A stretch of 64,000 nt of DNA, from contig JAPMXV010000011.1 of NCBI GenBank assembly GCA_026936335.1, positions 186,001 through 250,000 of the forward strand. Direction: 5' to 3'. The stretch is from Mantamonas sphyraenae STR306 (Eukaryota > Protista > CRuMs). Below are positions 60,028 through 64,000 of this stretch, piece by piece (the stretch's first letter is position 1; every line of letters starts with the position of its first letter). The notes under the pieces were generated by a model. The model did not search any database and was not told where the DNA came from. It was given only the letters and a program-made list of their open reading frames with translations. Position numbers and translations under genes: made by a program.

Positions 60028-63000
60028 TTACAGACTCTCCTCCGGTTCCTCATCTTGCTTGATCTTCTCTTGATCAACACTCGTTGCCCCGGCAACCACT
60101 CCCAACTCCAGCTCCTCGACCGGACTGGCCGAATTGTGCGGCACAGACATGCGTCGCACGGAGATGCGCTTCATCGCGTTTACTCCCGTGCGTCCCATGC
60201 TCTTCAGGCGCACAGAGAGTGCACCGATGCCAATTTCCGACTCACCGAGGAGTTGGAGAACCTTGGCCAGCACTGTCAACTCCCCATACGCAAGGCCCCA
60301 CACAAACACATCGTCTTCGTGGATAGCTTCACGAGCAGACTCTAGCACAGCAGCCTGGGTGCCACGGCGCGTTGTCCTCAGTGTGCGCACTTCGTCCTCC
60401 ACAGCCTCCATCTCCGCCACAGTCAGATTGTTCTCTGCAATCTCCGCCAGCTGTCGGTGATAGTCTGCGTGCACAAAGGGACTCACTGCGGCCACGAAAC
60501 GCCCCACGACGGCTGCGGAGCTCTTGTCATCCTCGCTCATCGAGCCTTCTCTCTGCCTGTCCTGCACTCCTTGCCACACATCCCGTCCCACATACCAGGC
60601 ACAGACCACAACCACACTCACGGCCACTGTCATGGTCAACCCCTCCCATCCCTCTCGTCCCGCAGAATCGGCGCCCGTCACAAACACCATCCCCGCCACG
60701 AGCAATAGCAGCGACTCCACGAGCAGGATCCCCTCCAAGTTGTTCTGCATGGAGGTTTTGTACGGGTGGAAGGAAGCTTGCAACTGCGCCGCACCACCCA
60801 GCACCACCATGCCCAGCAGGCCTTGAAGCGCAGGAAGATTGGTTGCAAACAACTTCACGCCGACCACACTCGCCTTGCGCAGCAGAACCATGGCTTCAAA
60901 CCAGAAGTAGTGCGGTGCGTACTTGCTGTAGATGGTTGAGTACTTCTGCTGAAACTCGGGCTGGGCGCGGATCTCGGGATCGCGCGCACGGAGCATCACA
61001 GCCAAGAACGCCGCAGGTGTGCCCAGCACGTACACAAACAGAAACAACACCGCAGGCGCAACCAAGCGAGCGTGCACGCCGTCTTCCACCCAACATTGCA
61101 CGTTTGGCGAGGTGTCCATCACCGAAAAGCCTTCGCGCACCTCGCTGCAGTCAAACACCTCCAGCACGCGTGTGCACAGTGTGATGTACAGCAGTCCCAT
61201 GCTGAACACCATTTCGTTGACCAAACGACGCATTGTCTCGTGGTCCACCATCTCCGGTTCGGTGAACAGCGTCGACACGTTGTGCCGCACCAGCGACAGC
61301 GCATAGCGCCACTTGGGCAGTGTGGCGTCGGGTTCCGCACAGAACACAGGGTGTGCCTTCCCGAACGCCTCGCCATTCGCAAGCACCCAGCGGCTCAGTA
61401 GATACTGGCCTGCCACACGCAGTAGGAGGCCAACAGCGAGGAGCACCGGAAGCAACATGGCCGTCCAAAAGCGTGTTTCTGCCGTCCATCCTTGTGCGAC
61501 GCTGCACTCGGGAGACGCTGTGTCAATGTTAAAGTTTGCCAGCGAGAAGGAATTGAGTGTGCTCTCTACACTGTCGGGCCAGTTGAGCCGGAACTCGCCA
61601 AACGTGCTGATGACCTGCAAGTGTGTGATGGCCAGCGCCGCAACCTTGCCTGTGTTCTTTCGCGGTCCCGCACGGCCTTGCTTCTTCACAAAGAACAAGT
61701 ACAGGATAAAGAGAGCAACCAGGAGCACAACCGTGCCCCCGGAGCCCGCCTGGCATGGCTGGCAAGTGTTGCCCAGCTTGAAGTAGCCTGGTGAGCATGT
61801 TCCGCAGAGAATGCCCTGGTAGCCAGGAGCGCAGGTAGACGATGCGCCACCCAGGCATGCAGACTCCACAGCACAGCGCACATACCGGCGCTCGCCCGTT
61901 CTGAAGAATCCCACCTTGGCAACGGGCTGGGTCAGCAAACCAACGCAGTCTGCGTTCTCGGGGCACGCCTCACACGCCAGCCCTGGCCTGCCGTCTTCGC
62001 GAAAGAAGCCTGCTTTGCACTGGCAGTCCGTGACATCCAGTGGCGTGGAGCGGATCGAGTCTGTGTTGCTCGGGCAAGACAGCACGTCCTGCAACACACT
62101 CAACGTCACGCCTCGCGTGGATGCATAGTGCTGTCCGTTGTCCAAGCTCACCTCCACCAGGTGCACGGCCGTTGAATGGTTGGCCGGCGACTCAACCACA
62201 ATCTCTGTTGCCGTCAGACGCTTTGGCACAAACACCTGTCCAGCGCCCATCTGCACGACCACCGAACCGCTGTCAAAGAACCCACTGCCTTGAATGGTGA
62301 CGTCCGCAACCTCTCCGGGTGTCTTGCGATCGGGATCCACCGAAAGCACGCTGGGCTGTGCGTACACCGTCAAGCTCACCTGAGTGTCGAACCAGTCGGC
62401 ACCGTTCAGAGCCATCCACACCTTCACTGTAGCTCCCGCGCCATTTGTCCTCTTGTACGCCGGCAGGATGGCTGTCACCGACGTCGTCGACTTGCTTGCG
62501 GCCACGCTGTCGCTCTGCCATCCATCGCTGTCCTGCAGCCGCACCAGTGTCGTTTCGCTCACAGAGGCAAATTGACCCTCCAAAGTTACACTTGTGCCTC
62601 CGGCCAGCGGCATCACGCGTGGAAACACGCTGGTGAACGCGGGCACCCTGTACACGCGCAAGGTGCGCCTGTCACCACTCCACAGAGCACCTCCACTTGT
62701 GCTCACCTCCACCTCCACATCCACATATCCATTTGGCCCCACGGTCACCTTGCCCTCCAGTGAAGGCATGGTAAACACGAGCGGCGTCGACGAGAGCTCG
62801 ACAATGACGGCCGGTGTTGACTTGATCCACACACGCAGCGACCCAGCCACCGATGCGTCCAAGATGTTGATTCCACTCACAGAGAGCACAGTGCCTCCGG
62901 ACAGGGACGCACTCGATGGCGTGATGGTGCCCACAAACGGTGGCACCGTTTCAAACGTCACCGCGCCGGCCGCCGTCAGCTGCGACGGATCCGTCTGGCC

Positions 63001-64000
63001 GTTTGTGGACACGCGAACGTCATATGTCCCTGTGGGCAGGCTCGGCACGGTGCATACAACATGGGTCGCATTCAGCCTGGTTGCAGCCACACTTGTCGAG
63101 CCAAACTGAACGACGGTGTTGCCCGTCTCGATGAACCCGGAGCCAACAAGCGTCACCGGCACAGCCAAGCGAGCTGGAGAGATGGCTGGTTGGATCGTGT
63201 GCACCACGGGGCCACCTCCTGTTGTCAGGAACATCCCAGAGTTGTTTGTGTAGGTCTGACCATTGGTGGTCATCTCTACGGCCACGGTGCCGTTGGGCAT
63301 GTTGTTGGGACTGGTGCACACCACCGTACTGACGCTGACGTATGTGGCAGACACCTCCTGCTGCGCAAAGCGGCACTTGAGATTGGCGGCCGTGTCGTTG
63401 AACCCGTGGCCGCTCAGGGTGACCACCGTGCCTCCTTTCCACGGACCCCACTGAGGCGAAAGACCAGTCAGGCGGAAGGCTGTCAGGCTCAACCACTCGC
63501 TCCACTGTTGGCCATTTAGGGCCACCGCCACTTGGGCCCAGCCGCTGTGCTCCAACACGGGCAATTGCGCTTGGATTTGGGTGGCCGCTTGCCATGCACC
63601 GGCCACTGTCACGACTTGGCTCGACGGCGCAGGTGTACGCACTCGCACACGTATCTCGTTGCCTGTGTCTGCAAACGTTTTGCCTCCTCCGGCAGGGGCC
63701 AGATTCAACGTGATACCTGGAATGCCTGCTGGCACTGTGCTGGGTGTCACCGAGCCCAAGCCGTGCTCTGGGTACAGGAAGAAGGGTACTGTGTGGGCAA
63801 GGTACTGCCCTCCATTGGGTGACACCGAGATGTTGGCCAGTAGCGTTGCTCCCGCCGATAGGGCGCCGATTGCAAACGGTTGAGTGGTGGCCAAAATGGA
63901 CTGTTCGGGGTCAAAACTCGCCGCGTACTCTTGGGAAGCTGTGGCATCTGAGGGGACGATGCGAACGCGTGGCTGGTCGCGGCCGTTGACCAGACCCGTG
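60028..64000 (-). CDS. IPT/TIG-repeat + Cys-rich + ~7-TM receptor-like protein (5' end beyond window)
   Basis: Repeated P..GP..GGT.VT..G..F..V.V..NGQ units; CAPGYQGILCGTCSPGYF..CQPC; TM region with HLQVI, WFEAMVLLRK and PYK...NNLE. The frame stays open to base 64000. Confidence 0.88.
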   Translation of the reverse strand, partial: TGLVNGRDQPRVRIVPSDATASQEYAASFDPEQSILATTQPFAIGALSAGATLLANISVSPNGGQYLAHTVPFFLYPEHGLGSVTPSTVPAGIPGITLNLAPAGGGKTFADTGNEIRVRVRTPAPSSQVVTVAGAWQAATQIQAQLPVLEHSGWAQVAVALNGQQWSEWLSLTAFRLTGLSPQWGPWKGGTVVTLSGHGFNDTAANLKCRFAQQEVSATYVSVSTVVCTSPNNMPNGTVAVEMTTNGQTYTNNSGMFLTTGGGPVVHTIQPAISPARLAVPVTLVGSGFIETGNTVVQFGSTSVAATRLNATHVVCTVPSLPTGTYDVRVSTNGQTDPSQLTAAGAVTFETVPPFVGTITPSSASLSGGTVLSVSGINILDASVAGSLRVWIKSTPAVIVELSSTPLVFTMPSLEGKVTVGPNGYVDVEVEVSTSGGALWSGDRRTLRVYRVPAFTSVFPRVMPLAGGTSVTLEGQFASVSETTLVRLQDSDGWQSDSVAASKSTTSVTAILPAYKRTNGAGATVKVWMALNGADWFDTQVSLTVYAQPSVLSVDPDRKTPGEVADVTIQGSGFFDSGSVVVQMGAGQVFVPKRLTATEIVVESPANHSTAVHLVEVSLDNGQHYASTRGVTLSVLQDVLSCPSNTDSIRSTPLDVTDCQCKAGFFREDGRPGLACEACPENADCVGLLTQPVAKVGFFRTGERRYVRCAVESACLGGASSTCAPGYQGILCGTCSPGYFKLGNTCQPCQAGSGGTVVLLVALFILYLFFVKKQGRAGPRKNTGKVAALAITHLQVISTFGEFRLNWPDSVESTLNSFSLANFNIDTASPECSVAQGWTAETRFWTAMLLPVLLAVGLLLRVAGQYLLSRWVLANGEAFGKAHPVFCAEPDATLPKWRYALSLVRHNVSTLFTEPEMVDHETMRRLVNEMVFSMGLLYITLCTRVLEVFDCSEVREGFSVMDTSPNVQCWVEDGVHARLVAPAVLFLFVYVLGTPAAFLAVMLRARDPEIRAQPEFQQKYSTIYSKYAPHYFWFEAMVLLRKASVVGVKLFATNLPALQGLLGMVVLGGAAQLQASFHPYKTSMQNNLEGILLVESLLLLVAGMVFVTGADSAGREGWEGLTMTVAVSVVVVCAWYVGRDVWQGVQDRQREGSMSEDDKSSAAVVGRFVAAVSPFVHADYHRQLAEIAENNLTVAEMEAVEDEVRTLRTTRRGTQAAVLESAREAIHEDDVFVWGLAYGELTVLAKVLQLLGESEIGIGALSVRLKSMGRTGVNAMKRISVRRMSVPHNSASPVEELELGVVAGATSVDQEKIKQDEEPEESL

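Overview
GC-rich, very gene-dense nuclear DNA from a unicellular eukaryote (species not determinable). It has short GT-AG spliceosomal introns, mostly 50-240 nt, with donors GTACGT/GTGAGT/GTAGGT/GTATGT and branch sites RCTSAC. From ~4.98 kb onward are 22 mostly housekeeping genes separated by only 17-275 bp: DPH1, ABCC/MRP, a 4-TM protein, XPR1/SYG1, ARP6, an RNI-like LRR protein, ISY1, an LRR-7TM receptor, ABCG, an ankyrin protein, a multi-TM protein, GINS1, an aftiphilin-like repeat protein, VPS13B, RPS3A, SSSCA1/ZNRD2, AP3D1, BUD22/SRFBP1, dUTPase, an M20 peptidase, WDR74 and an IPT/TIG-7TM protein. The first ~4.9 kb is accessory and is the best candidate for an undescribed system. It holds an intact DD34E IS630/Tc1-type transposase with a Pax paired-box-like N-terminus. 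Downstream are two diverged copies of a ~120-150 nt unit with a covarying hairpin just after a conserved TGA. Then comes a co-oriented, spliced gene, missed by the ORF track, encoding a divergent USP (C19) deubiquitinase-like domain fused to an unknown region that runs off the left edge. Other notable items are a ~250-nt fold-back in the RPS3A intron, a 9-nt microexon inside the ABCG Walker A motif, 55-bp head-to-head spacers sharing CCGCAGGC, and an apparent sawtooth GC skew. All calls come from manual translation and motif recognition; no searches were run.
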